Source: Octopus vulgaris (taxonomy: Eukaryota). Taken from it: 64,000 nucleotides of DNA. Location: positions 32,612,001-32,676,000 of the forward strand of contig OX597821.1 in the NCBI GenBank assembly GCA_951406725.2, read 5' to 3'. Shown here in pieces: positions 11,486 through 25,200 of the stretch (its first letter is position 1; every line of letters begins with the position of its first letter). Both the position numbers and the translations under genes were made by a program. A model generated the notes under the pieces. That model did no database searches, was not told where the DNA came from, and saw nothing but the letters and a program-made list of their open reading frames with translations.

Positions 11486-13590
11486 ATATATATATATATA
11501 TTATTTGCATCATTTCTTAAACAGAAATGTATAAAAATTTCAAATTTTCAAAATCATCTTGGAACAATTTAAATCGTTTTTTATTAATCTCGAAAACAAT
11601 TTTATAAACAAACTCTGTTTCAATGAAGCATCCATACAATATTAGTTTTACACTCAAAATTGTCGTGACTTTTATAGTTTCGAAAATGATTAATAATAAA
11701 TTAGAAATCAATGTGGCAATTGTCTGAATTTATATTTTTAATTTTCTAAGTAGTTTTAATGTTAGGTCAATGACTGCTTATTCATAACAGCCTGTGATAG
11801 TTTCATCAAATTTTTTCCTTGAAATTAATATTTCTCTTTCCAAACAGTCTGTGAAAGATAAGTTTCGCCGTAACTCTTTAGCTGCTGCTTGCCAAATGTT
11901 TTTTCAGATTTCCCTATCAGATTTCTCTATACAGTGTTGCAGTACATTGCCATACTTAATTTGTGATATTCTTAAATTTCAGCTCCACTTCAGACTTACG
12001 AAGTAATTTCTACCAAATTACAATACTACTTTCATGAATTTGTTATGAATCTTTGTTAGCGAAGCTTTATTGATAATTATTTTTAAAACTCTGAATCACC
12101 ATACCCGGCATTTTTATAAAGATCTTTTCTATAATGTATTTTGTTTTGCTGAAGTCCTGATTAAAGTGTCTTTATTTTGTCGCTGGACCCGTTAGAAATA
12201 GAATTCTCTCTTAAATATAACCCTGTCTTGTTGCAAATGGGTAGAGATCATTGGATAATACCGTACTAAAAGATACTTCAATTACGATAATTTCATAACT
12301 GGGACGCATTTGACTAAAGGTTTCCTTGTTACGTCGGACCTAGGCTAAACGACAGCAACACCCCTTTAGTTAAAAGTATTTAAATGCTACCTTACCATAA
12401 TTAAATGTATCAAAGACTTTAAGTTCCCTACATTCAGTTTTTTAAGTACGTTCATCATGACCAACTCAGTAACACTATTAAAGAGAAGCCATATGAACCC
12501 AAAATTTAATGCCGTTCTCTTTCCAGGCAAATAAAATTCTAAAGTTGAGGAACCGAATCCAGCATTAATATTCTCAAATTTGATTTTTTTTTTATTCTTC
12601 GAAATAAATATTTTATTTACCCGAAACTGCCGGACCACCATATTCTTCCTAACGCAAGACGTCTATTCATCTGGCTAGTATAACAAACGTAGCGAAGAAG
12701 ATTTTTTAAAGCAATATGCATAAAGTATTTGTGTCAATAAGTTTGTTAATAGGCAGAAACAGTATTTGGTCACATCCCCGATTTCATAACATCCATTTGT
12801 TAACATTCCTTTGGTCACATGCCTTTGATCATACCCCTTTGGTCGCATCGCGATTTCATAATACCTTCTGAAGTCAGTTCTAATTTACTTGTTTATAAAA
12901 TACTTCCTTAGCAGTCTGGTGTTAACGTAATCAATTAAACATTCGAAGATAATCGGGAAGAGATGCAGATCAATAACTGAAAGCAGCAAGAGAATAAACA
13001 ATATCTCTACAATTTCAGATTAAATACGTATATATTCTAGACTCAGTATATAAGCTCACTTTCAAAGTATATCATTCAAGGGGTGAGAAAAATAAAATCA
13101 CTTGATAAACATTGAAAATGTGATACGTGACGAGACGAGATTTCCACTGTCTCCCAACAAAATTTAATCAGTAATTCTTGCCGACATCGAACAACTGGTT
13201 TGCTGAGATTGCTTTTTTATGTTTATCAAAATGTATTACTCAAGATTGAGAGACATATTATTTCTTTCTCAGTATAAACACAAAGATTAAATATATATCT
13301 TGTAACACGCGATTATTTAGCACTTATTTTCACATAAACAGTTATATTGTCTAGCCAATATTTAAAGAGAGATTTGTTCAAGCAAGCCGTCTTGATTTAG
13401 TGACGACGGACTATTTGATACAGAGCATGCACTGTAATAGTTATAAATTTGCATAGTTTTACTAGAGATATATGCAGTAGTTTCTATGATTAATGATTTT
13501 AAATGATTATGGTAATGTCGCTCGATACTTCACTGATGTTACTGTTGTGACTACTCCTATAGTATATGCTATAGTGTATATGTATATATA

Positions 13591-14154
13591 GGGAGAGTTT
13601 ACGAAGAAAATAATAACAAAAGACGAAGACAGGTGGTGTACAAAACCAACAGATGTATTAGTATAACTCTCAGGAATAGAAAAAGTCTTTTAGGTTTCGA
13701 GCCTTCGCTCTTCTACAGAAAGGGACACAGAAAAAACATGGAGAGAAACAAGGAGAGAAAAAATATGTGTAGTTGCTAACGATCTATCATGGCGTCTGAC
13801 TCGGACAGAAGGGTCACACCGGAGAAGGAAAGAAGGGGAGATAACAAAGTGAAGAGGACCCCCAACACGAAGGTGCGTGTGTGTATAAGAGAGTATGGAT
13901 GTGCGTGTGAAAGAGGGCTGGTGGTCTGGACGTGTGCGTGTATGTATGTGTAGGTGTGAAAATTTGGGGATGGGCGTGTTGGTGGTTGTGTGGGTGATGT
14001 GATGTGTAATGTTGTATGGTGTCGTGTGGTGTGGCGTGGTGTGATGTTGTTGGGAGGTGGGGGGGCGAGAATGGGGAAAGCACGGGTGGGATGTGGGTTC
14101 GGCTGAGGGTTGGGGTAGAGTTGGGGATTGTGTGTAGGCAGAGGGTGGGGGTAG

Positions 14155-14158
<4 letters not shown>
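13591..14158 (-). mobile_element. 5'-truncated PLE (3' UTR plus terminal segment) with a mutated hammerhead at 13685-13726
   Basis: Reverse complement aligns with about 28940-29468 (CACACGTCCAGACCACCAGCCCTCTTTCAC etc.); core CUGUAGA, stem III changed to ACCU; TA tracts on both sides. Confidence 0.85.
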
Positions 14159-14188
<30 letters not shown>

Positions 14189-14191
<3 letters not shown>

Positions 14192-14402
14192 GGTCCCGGG
14201 TTGATTCGGGGTTAACCACAGTAAATAAGGTACTCAATACATAGCAGAGTAAAATTAATTTATTATATAGAAGGAGCTTCTACAGGACTAGAACTGTTTC
14301 ATTCAAGAGAAATCTTCAGGAACCTGAAATCTTCAGGTTCCTGAAGATTTCTCTTGAATGAAACAGTTCTAGTCCTGTAGAAGCTCCTTCTATATAATAA
14401 AT
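14189..14402 (-). mobile_element. Fold-back mini-element with perfect 71-bp inverted arms and a hammerhead-like core
   Basis: Arms 14258-14328 and 14332-14402, 3-nt loop; each arm has CUGAAGA-U-UUC(UCUU)GAA-U-GAAACAGUU; embedded in (TA)n. Confidence 0.7.
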
Positions 14403-14493
14403 ATATATATATATATATATATACAGTATATATATATATATACAGTATATATATATATATACAGTATATATATATATATATATATAGCTAGAC

Positions 14494-14558
<65 letters not shown>

Positions 14559-14561
14559 CAT

Positions 14562-14607
<46 letters not shown>

Positions 14608-14974
14608 AGATTTACGGTGAAAAAGCACAGAAATATTATGAAATCATAAGTTTTCGATATAATCATGCGTAGAAAGCAGTTATGATACAGATTTGCAGTT
14701 ATACAGGAAAGTATAGCTCAAGGGAGGTAATCATTGAATATAATGTTTTTAGCTAAAGGGATAATCAGTGGTTATAATATTTCTTAGCTAAGGGGAGGTA
14801 AATCTTTTTTCCTTTCTTTTCTGGTTGTTTTTTATTTTCATTATTTGTGAAGTCTGTTATGTATCATACTTGCTTCTACGCAAGATTAAATCAAAAACTT
14901 ATTATCATTTCATAACAAAGTCATGATTAGCGAAGTGAAATCATTCAACTTTGTACATATGACATATGTGCCAA

Positions 14975-15960
14975 CTTAAAGAATGCCACAGTGCTAAAAT
15001 ATGCAGATGCCATCAAGCCATACCTCGAAATAAAGAGGACAGATCCTGTACACTATAGATCCTTATTGCAATCAGATCTGGACACAATCCAGCAGTGGGC
15101 CATGGACTGGCAACTCAAGCTTGTTGTGGACAAATTTACCACAAATGCATTTTGGGAGGAAAACCCAGCGCCTACTTACTCCCTCCACAACACTAATCTT
15201 AAAAAGTCTTCTTGTGAATGTCACCTGGGCATTATTGTCAACAGCGATTTGCGTTGGACAAAGCACATCGCTAAAATTGCCAAGAAGGCTGAGGGTCTCT
15301 TGGCATCACTCACCAAGTCTTTTGTGAGCCGCTCTCCGGCTATCTATCTGTGGCTTTATATAGCTATGGTGCGACCTCACCTGGAATTTGCATCACCGGT
15401 CTGGAACACCAAGCTTGCCCAGGATATTAATCGTCTGGAAGCCGTTCAGTGACGTGCAACCAAGAGAATACCCTCCATCTGGCCTTTGGCATATTCTGAA
15501 CGCCTTACTTCCCTGGGAATGGATACATTGAAACTCCGATGTCTGGCAGCTGACTTGGCAGACACACATAAAATTATTAACCATCTTACAAACAATAACT
15601 CTGAGAATTTTTTCAAGCTCCATCTGTCTAAGACCCGTGGGCATGTTTACAAAGTGAGAAAACAGCACAGCTCCCATGACTTTCGGAAACATTTTTTCAC
15701 GCTATGAAATGCTGAAGCATGGAACAAACTGCTGGCATCAGTTGTTAGTTGTCGGAGCACTGCATCCTTCTAAACATCCATGCTTCCTGAGATTCGCCAA
15801 CACTACACCTGATTTTCTCCCCTCCATACACATGCAAGCATGTATCTGACTCATACACTGTTCACTTTCCAGACATTTGTACATTACTGCATATGCTGTA
15901 TACGCACTTTTGACAGGTTGTGCCGCACCTGAGCACTGTAAACAATAATTTCATTATTAT
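14975..15960 (+). mobile_element. CR1/L2-group LINE, 5'-truncated, decayed RT C-terminal half plus 3' UTR
   Basis: KYADA(D), LQSDLDTIQQW, LGIIVNSDLRW..HI, LYIAMVRPHLEFASPVW, LEAVQ*RATK, YSERL, TRGH, WNKL; in-frame stops; (ATT)n tail. Confidence 0.92.
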
Positions 15961-16180
15961 TTTTATTTATTTTAAATTGTAATGGGTTAAATAATATTTA
16001 TCTACACAAACAAGGTTTCTGTGCTTTTTCACCTTAAATCTCATTTTATATTTACCACCACGTGGAATTTCCCTTCGAATTTTTCACCTATATATATAAT
16101 AATGATTATAATATTAGGGAGTATATCCAAACTTACAGGGAAAATTTAGATTTAGGATTAAATCAAATTTCACAGTATAA

Positions 16181-16324
16181 ATATAAATTAAATTAGAGAT
16201 AAAACCACTCTTAGGCAACTCAAACAGTGATAGACATAAATTATATTTGTTTTTTATGTTTTGGTTTATGTCTATCACTGTTTGAGTTGCCTAATAGTGG
16301 TTTTATCTCTAATTTAATTTATAT
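16181..16324. repeat. Inverted repeat, 60-bp arms, 24-nt loop
   Basis: 16181-16240 vs 16265-16324 with one mismatch; the arm sequence recurs at about 41628-41690 next to (TA)n. Confidence 0.85.
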
Positions 16325-16927
16325 ATATATATATACATGCATAATCAATATATTCATATATACATTCATACATGCATATATCACTTCAAATGTCACAGTA
16401 CATCACCGAAAGAAGTGGATGTTTGATACATGTGGTATAGTATATTCAATATTTAAGCTGAATTAGTTTTCCTATGGAATGAGGCTGGCAGCACAGCGCT
16501 CTACATGTTACTACAACCTTCTTCCATGAATTTACTTACATTTTCATTCATTGTGTTTCTATAGCTATCGTTTTGATCGGCTGCATTTCGGTGTTCTTAA
16601 GAAGTAATGTATATTTAAAGTTGTTTTATTCGCAACTTAAGCGATCTATTTTTTATTGCTCAATTTTGTTGTTGCTTCTCTGTGTGACACGTTCCAAATC
16701 CTGTTAGCTTAATGTCGTTTATCTGTATATCGTTTCTCATGGGATACTTAATTGTCATTCTACTTCTAGTTTATTGCAGCACAATCACATCCTGTTTCTC
16801 CACACTGCGTCATGTCTTGCTTAAAGATTGTTTGATATATTGGCCATTTTGTATTCAACACTTAATTACCTCACTTATATACAAATTTTGAAAAACTTTC
16901 GTTCTGTTTACTTTATAAACTGTTTTG

Positions 16928-17058
16928 TATGTATGTGGTTATGTGTGTGTGTGTGTGTATGTGTGTGTTTTTGTGTGTGTGTATGTTATGTGTGTCTGTG
17001 TGTCTGTGTGTGTGTGTGTTTGTGTGTGTGTGTATGGCTATGTGTGTGTGTGTATGGC

Positions 17059-17089
<31 letters not shown>

Positions 17090-17148
17090 ATGGTTATGTG
17101 TGTGTATGTGCCTGCGTGTTTGTGTGTGTGTATGGTTATGTGTGTGTA

Positions 17149-17221
<73 letters not shown>
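16928..17221. repeat. Imperfect (TG)n microsatellite
   Basis: Seen directly. Confidence 0.95.
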
Positions 17222-17222
<1 letters not shown>

Positions 17223-18032
17223 TGAAGTCGCTAAAGTTGTTCAGAAAAAAATGATGCTATTACTCAATATGCAATAAGTGTGAGAGAGAGAGAGATAGAA
17301 AGGGAGTAACAAACTGACCAATGAAAAAATCATATACAAGATCAGCAGTTTCCGAAAAATCAAAGTTGGGAATAACAGGATCTGAAAAACTATATAGCGT
17401 TGAGAAAAAAAAGAGAAAAGAGCGAGTTTGATCAAAGAACAGAAGACAAACCGGCGAATATCAAGGGTATCTTTGTGATTTCAGATACAAAATGAATATA
17501 TATATATAAGTTAACAGAACGAAATCTTGTGCAAAACAGGATACAAATGATGTAATCAATGAATAGTTACAGATCAAATATTTAAACAACCAAGCAATGA
17601 GTGATAAACAGATAAAAAAAAATCTCTTGCAAAACATTGCGAGCTTCAAAAACTTAATTAGGTGCTGAAAGATAATATGAAAACTAAGAAAATATTTGTG
17701 CTGGAATGGTGAGTTAGAAACGATGAAGAGATAAACAATCTCTGGGAGGCATATAGAGGCTGAATGTTCCGAAGAAAAATCTGAACGTCGAAAATGAATT
17801 TTGAGAAAAAAGGGGCATGATAGGCTCAACGAATTGTCACTTGCAACGACGACAGTCATAGAAAAAGCTCTCCTTGTGGAAAGAAAAATTTCGAGGAAGC
17901 TATAACTGCAGCAAATAGAATTAACTTCGTTACGCATACACATGGTTCTAGCGTATGGTTCTAGCCGGGATGCAAACACACACACACACACTGGTCACTA
18001 AATCACACGCTTCTACAAATAGATAGATAGGC

Positions 18033-18083
<51 letters not shown>

Positions 18084-18206
18084 CGGACGGACAGACAGAC
18101 AGACAGACAAGCGGACGGACGGACGGAGATGGATGGATGGATGGATGGATGAATGGATGGATGGGTGGATGGGCGGATGGGCGGACGGTTAGACAGATAT
18201 ATATAG

Positions 18207-18279
<73 letters not shown>

Positions 18280-19159
18280 CAAACTGGGATAGAATATACC
18301 GTTAGAAACGGAGAAATTACAAAGTAAGTCATTCATTACTTCAGATACAGGGTCTATTAATTTTCGAATGATAAGTGACTCTTTTGGGACTCGTACTTTT
18401 GCATTGTTGCGTGCCAGTGGAATTCATCTGAGAATCTCCGATGATCTTTACGGCTACACTTGTCATTTAGAAATACTGCTATATATGTAAATACGACTAC
18501 ATACATATATATTACGTATGTTGAATTTTTTTTAACATTTACTGGTTTCATTCACAGGCTGGGGCCATGCTGGAGCACTACCTTTCAGTTTGTTTGGATT
18601 TCTATTCTGTACTGTTTCGGTGAAGTAGCAAGTTGGTCGGAGCTGCTCCTCGTTTGCCTCCTGTCACGATTGGGTTCATCAGGTTTTTCAGACAAAATAA
18701 TGTCCAGACTCTCTCTGAAGACCGCCACATCTACACCTCGCAAACTTTTGAGCTTTTTTTTTTTTTTGGCAGAATGTTGATCAGTTGTGCGCTTTTGAAA
18801 CCCAAGCTGTTACAGTCCTCGGTTCGATTGTAATCTGTTTGTGGGCCGATGGTGGAGTACTTGAAACGTCTCAGCATTACTACATGTTATTTGTATGAGG
18901 AATGATCACTTATACAATGCATGCAGGTCATTTTGTAGTTTTAATATGGCATCAGTGGCCTTTACCGTCTGTGATACTCTTGAATCAATAGCATAGCCGG
19001 TCAGAATGGCTGACTGCATGGTTTAGGGTATGTCCTGAGAGAGCCACCACAGCAGTGGTCTCAGCACAGTTCCTTAAAGCACTCCACTGCGAAGTGATAC
19101 CCCACCCCATGGAAGCACCACTGGGTGCAGCTGTCTGAATTCTACCTTTTATAAAATTA

Positions 19160-19406
19160 TACAGTCAGTCTCCCACTTCCTTAATGATATCAAGATCGCG
19201 CAGTTTGTTATATATCATCCCATAATCAAACTTGTCAAAGTCGAGATATAACACATCCACGTCTCAGTGGTTAAGCTGCTGTTTCCGTACCCAATCATAA
19301 TGTAGTATTAGATGTGTGCGCAGCGCCTCCCCGAATAGAAGCCACGTTGTGTAATGGCGAGCAAGTTATTTTCTTCCAGTAACGTGATCAGCCTCCTTCT
19401 TACAAT
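19160..19406 (-). mobile_element. Decayed CR1-like LINE RT fragment
   Basis: Minus-strand translation [25 protein letters not shown]..; DVDVLYLDFDKFD..IYNKL. Confidence 0.75.
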
Positions 19407-19531
19407 GCATATACATATTCAGATATGTGCGTGCGCGTGTGTGCGTGCGTGTGTGTGTGTGTGTGTATGTGTATGTGTGTGTAATCATACATACATATAT
19501 ACATGTATATATATGTGTGTGTATGTACATC

Positions 19532-19567
<36 letters not shown>

Positions 19568-19593
19568 TGTATGTATGTATGTATGTATGTATG

Positions 19594-19641
<48 letters not shown>

Positions 19642-19879
19642 TGTATAGAGTCAACAGGTGAGATCCAGAGATGCTCAAAATAGAAGCAGTAGTGCTTAAT
19701 TTATTTCAACATACACTCCGAAATTTTTATCGAGAACTAAGTCCGCGGGGTAAAGAATCGTTATAAGAGGAATCTAGGTGAACTGATATAGAGATAATGA
19801 TGCAAATAAATAAATGAATATGTCTGAGCATGACATATAAAATTTTCATACATATGTACATGTAAATACGTATAGAAAT

Positions 19880-20506
19880 ATAAGGCTTTATGCAGCTGTG
19901 AAAACTTCGCCTCTAGAAGTCGGTAGGTTGTGTCTGGAACCAAGACTTTACCTCGAATATAAGTTCTTCATCATCCGAAAAGTACTTCACCTTCAAAGCG
20001 ACTTCATGCTTGGAAAGAGGTGGAAGTCAGATGGTACGAGGTTGGGAGAGTAAAGGGAATGAGGAAGGATTTCATATGTCATGCAGCAATCCTCCAAAAT
20101 GGCAGCTTCCACTTTATGGATGACGTTATCAATGGTGGAATGTGACCGTCCAGGAATAGGAGCAGTTTCCACTGATGTCCAACTTAATTTGAACTGGCGA
20201 TGCCAGTACTTGACTACGTTATATTATGGGGCATCATCATCATAAACTTCTTCCATCTCATCGAAAGTCTATTTTGATCTACGACCTTTCAAGTATAAGA
20301 ACCTGATCACTGATCTGCATTCAACTGCCTCCATCATAGCAGCTTATTCCACTTCATCGGCCATAAAAGACAAACGAATACTAGTGGAAAGCTGCAATTT
20401 ACTAAGTGACATGTAGAGACATGTATGATTATACTTGTACAAGTTCCGTTTCCTGTAATAATTGGAAGTGGGTCAAGGAAAATCTTTAATGAGCACCCTT
20501 CGTAGA
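19880..20506 (-). mobile_element. Decayed mariner transposon
   Basis: Minus-strand PHSLYSPNLVPSDFHLFPSMK and FSDDEELIFEVKSWF (YSPDLAPSD motif); mariner-like end TACGAAGGGTGCTCATTAAA. Confidence 0.8.
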
Positions 20507-20824
20507 TATTTATATAGTTACTTGATAGATTTACATGGAGATCAAAAGATACAAAAAAACTAAGTGTAGAGTGCATGGTAGTTCAGGTCTGACAGCTGGA
20601 GGGTTTTTTGTGATGGGAGGGGGTCAAAATTACGTAATAGTTCGAGTAATAGATGGAGTGTGCAAAAATCTCTCTACCCTGAAGACGTAGGCCGGATTTA
20701 TGATGATGTTTATTTACATACACTACTGGTTACATGTCCTTGACTCTTTGCACAGTCCCCTCCCTCAACAAAAGTTTCAAACCTTGTGCCCATAATACAA
20801 AGGAATGTTTTTAGTATCTTTAGG

Positions 20825-21040
20825 CTGGCGAACTCACAGAATCGTTAGCATACTGGGTAAAATGCTTAGCGGCATTTCGTTCCTCCTTACATTTTGAAAT
20901 CTAATTCCGCCGAGGGCAACATCGGCTTCCATCCTTTCGTAGTCGATAAAATAGGTAACAGCTATGCACTGGGATTGATATTATCGATTTACCCCATCCA
21001 TCGAATTTACCGGCCTTGTGCCGAAATTTGAAACCAATAT
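20825..21040 (+). mobile_element. Degraded family-A-related SINE
   Basis: GGCGAACTCACAGAATCGTTAGCA..AATTCCGCCGAGG..CATCCTTTCG..GTCGATAAAAT. Confidence 0.75.
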
Positions 21041-21799
21041 GTTGAGTATACTCTAGCTTAGAGATATATGCTAAACATAACTTTCACCTGATATGATGTA
21101 GTGATTTAACGCAGCCATCTTTTCTTCTGCTGGAATGCTATACGTTTAGAGAACATGTTCAAGAGTTCTTCACCAAATCAAATGATATTCTTGAACATGA
21201 TGTTCAAAATGTTTGTTTGCATCCATACATGTATGTAAGGGTGTGTGGCCTAGTGACGAGGGTGATGCACTCACGATCGCCAGACCGTAAGTTCAATCTT
21301 GGATCGAGCGGTGCGTTCTGTTCTTAAACAAAATTCTTTATTATCTCACTTTGCTCTCTTCGATAATTTCGACACTTGGCCTGCATCCGTTCCGGCGGGA
21401 GTGAGTTAACGTTTTGCACATACATACATTTCACCACTACAAACAAATCCATTGTTTAGGTTGTTTAGCAAAACATTGCAGAACGATATTACCACCATGT
21501 TATATCGCAGATATTAATGTATGTTTTTATGTAGATATGTATTATTTTCGTTCTGGTGGAATGCGGTGTGAGGGCGATCTTGATGTCAGTTCAACTCAGA
21601 TAGAAATATGAAGATTAAAACGCAAATAATAATTTCTTTTGTAAATTCAGTAACGGTGAATTAGTGTGGGGAAGGTACTCTATCTTACCACGATAAATTA
21701 GTTGAAAGATTACAGTGATATCGATTCATTTTCAGGAATGAATAACTAAGCGTACTAAAATAAGGCTACTAATAAAGCATACTAAACGACGACAAAGGG

Positions 21800-21834
21800 A
21801 AAGAAAGAAAGAAAGAAAGAAAGAAAGGAAGGAA

Positions 21835-21883
<49 letters not shown>

Positions 21884-21921
21884 GAAGGAAGGAAGGAAGG
21901 AAGGAAGGAAGGAAGGAAGGA

Positions 21922-21977
<56 letters not shown>
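21800..21977. repeat. (GAAA)n/(GGAA)n purine microsatellite
   Basis: Seen directly. Confidence 0.95.
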
Positions 21978-22808
21978 ATATGGGTAAATGGAATCAGGCG
22001 TACGTAGAGACAGAAATATCGATATAAAGAAGTATAGAGAGAGATAGAGACATATAATTAGAGAGACAGACGCAAAGAGCCAAATATATAGAGATGTATC
22101 TAGTGAGAAATATAGACACAGAGGAGGGCAAAAGATCGATGGAAATAGAGAGTAAGAGAGAAATAGAATATAACATATCCTTCTAAATCAAGTGTGATAA
22201 ACACGAGCACACATAGAAATACAATAGAATACAAAATTAAAAAAAATAAAAACCAGAAAACACACAAAAAATACAAATGAAGAATAACGAAAGAAATTCT
22301 CGTTATTCTCAGCAAGTTCGTCCTCCCTCGTGTCATTTTAGGACTGTTTATAGATGTCTAACTGAAGGTTTAGATTTGTCTTAGTCCCGCCTCGGCATAA
22401 AAAGGTCGATAACAAGTAGAGCAATATCAACGATAATAACTCAGCCCCTACGACGTCAATAATTTTACAACAGAAATAATCAAGCAAATAACAACAACAA
22501 CTGCAACAAGAATAAGCAAAACAACAAATGCTAAAACAATTACAACGCAACGCCGGAAAACACTTCACACTCAAGAGTAATCCGCTCCAAATCTAATCTC
22601 TCACGGGTTGCGTATACACACGTACGTATAATAGATGTTTGTTTATTTGCATGTGTGTGTGTGTATGTATGTGTGTGTGCGCGCGCGTGTGCGTGGGCAC
22701 ATATATGTATATGCATATATATATATATATATATTTATATAAATATATATGTACATATGTATATATATATATGTATATATATATATACATGTGTGTGTAG
22801 GTATTATA

Positions 22809-22839
<31 letters not shown>

Positions 22840-22880
22840 GCATGTATGTATATATGTATATATGTATATATATGTGTGTA

Positions 22881-22931
<51 letters not shown>

Positions 22932-23293
22932 GCATTCATTCATACATATGCATACATATAAATACATATATTAGTATTACTAAATAGATACATTGACGTT
23001 CATATTACCATACTCATACTCACAAAGGCACCAACGCATATACAGACAACGCATGCGCATACACAATGCATGGAAATGAATATGCATGCACACGCACACA
23101 GACGTACGCGCGCACACACACACTTACAGACCCGCATGCACATATGGAATTGCTTTGGCTCATACTCACGATAATTACACACATCTATTTATTCAGTAAT
23201 TAATCTCTACCTTCAGCCATGTAGCTATAGTATTTAAATACAACTATATAGTTTTTATCTTCTCTGATTATTTCAGTTACTTCTATAACGAAG

Positions 23294-23700
23294 AAGGCAG
23301 TTTCTAAAAAGTAACTAGAATTATGACCCTAGTATCGATCTATTGCATTTCAATCTGTTTTAGGATTAGGGTAAGGGTTAGCTAGGGTTAGGGTTAGGGA
23401 TGGGGGAAGGGTATCTTTTTTTCTTCGCAAATGTAAATAAACCCAATCTGATTCTTAAACGAGGGACATATTCATACGGCACAGAATGTTTTTTTTTACC
23501 TCAATAGACGTCAGTGATTTGTTGAAATTGAAGAAATTGAAGAAAAAAACAACAAATATCTTACACACTATAGACTTTTCTCAATAAAGCTAAGAGAAAA
23601 AGATGTTTTATAAACACATTCTACCAGTATACGAAGTTTAACCATTTTTTAGTTACCTAGAAATTATGTTAAAAACTGCCGTTCAAACCGAAAAGATCCG
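23294..23700. mobile_element. Non-autonomous DNA element with a TTAGGG-like tract (Helentron/HINE-like)
   Basis: Short subterminal inverted repeats GGCAGTTT / AAACTGCC and internal TTAGGATTAGGGTAAGGGTTAGCTAGGGTTAGGGTTAGGG; the class assignment is inference. Confidence 0.45.
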
Positions 23701-24766
23701 ATTCCCCAATTATTGTTTGTATGGTTTTCACTTTGATACCATGCAAGTTAAATAGTTTTATATGAACTTGCTTGTATTTTAACAATTTTTTTACTTATTT
23801 GAGGAACAGAATTATGTTACGAAAAACAATATCTTCTTGCCTTCAGAATATATGGAGCAACTGTCAAAGTAGAGCGAAACATGCCTTCGTGTTTTGTAAA
23901 ATACTTCCATTTCTCTTGAAGCAGCAGTTAGTTCGATGCGTAGAACGAAATATTTTTCTATCGGCAGGAGAAACATGGCAGGTCCAGTTACTTCAATACA
24001 TCTGGTATTGAAATATATGAGTTATCCAAAACACCAGGCCACAGCCAGGGATAGTAGTAGTGACAATAAACTTTGGCTTGGCGTCACTTTTAACGAACAG
24101 TTTAGGGAGGTGTTTAGCGTAGAGATAGCCAAAATAATTCATGATCGTTTAACGTCTGTACTTTCTTGATGATTTCCGAACGCCGCATAGCTACTCGGAA
24201 GCTGTAACTCATTGTAGGTGCAGAGTGACTAGCCTTTAAATCAGTGATACAGACCAGAAAATTCAGTTGTTATATGAACAATAATAAAAACCACACTGGT
24301 ATTAGAAAAACATAGATCTAGCACCAGTCTGTCTCAGAGCAACATCAACAATTTCAACAATAATAAGACTATCCCTCCAAAAAAAAACCCTGCTGTTTTC
24401 GACGCGCCGAGTATAACTGGCGGCAAACTGTTGCTGACAGCAAGTAAGAAAACTAAAAAAGAAATAAAGAAAAAGTAAGCAGACGAGGAGATGCCTCTCT
24501 TCGTGCACCTGAAATTCACAGTCTTTCAAATAGCCAACGAAAAACTAATATATATTTAATTAAAGTAACTGAAGTGGAAGGTGATGGATTTTGTTAACAG
24601 AGGAACGAATGAGTGGCGAAAGATAGACTGCCATTGAAAAGTGGACATGCAATCACTAAGGTTTTTTAAGTAGACGAGTGTTTGTGCACGAATCTCCAGG
24701 ACATGAGCACACTGATATAGAGAGAGCGTTCTCTTTCTTCCCCACTCCTCCTACTCACTCTCTCTC

Positions 24767-24837
<71 letters not shown>

Positions 24838-25062
24838 CCCTCTCTCTCTCTCTTTCTGATGAGGTACATATAGCTACGCAAATACACAGATACAGGCACG
24901 TATTCATATACTTAGTGTAATTTAAAGCAAATTATTGTGTATTGTATTTTGTTACTCCACTCGTTTTTATACGATCTTGTTTGTGCAGTCCTCGTGTTTT
25001 TATAGCATCTTTTGTGACCCTTATTTTGCATGTATGGATGGGCACTCGTAACATATTATTAT

Positions 25063-25063
25063 T

Positions 25064-25111
<48 letters not shown>

Positions 25112-25200
25112 GTCATCATCATCATCATCATCATCATCATCGTCATCATCGTCATCATCATCATCATCATCACCATCATCATCATTATTATTATTATCAT
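25063..25200. repeat. (CAT)n microsatellite
   Basis: Seen directly. Confidence 0.95.

Noticed and set aside
11500-12870. Possible decayed MULE-type DNA transposon (subrepeats near 12765-12865)
   Set aside because: The similarity is too weak to support by eye; no catalytic motif or paired TIR was found
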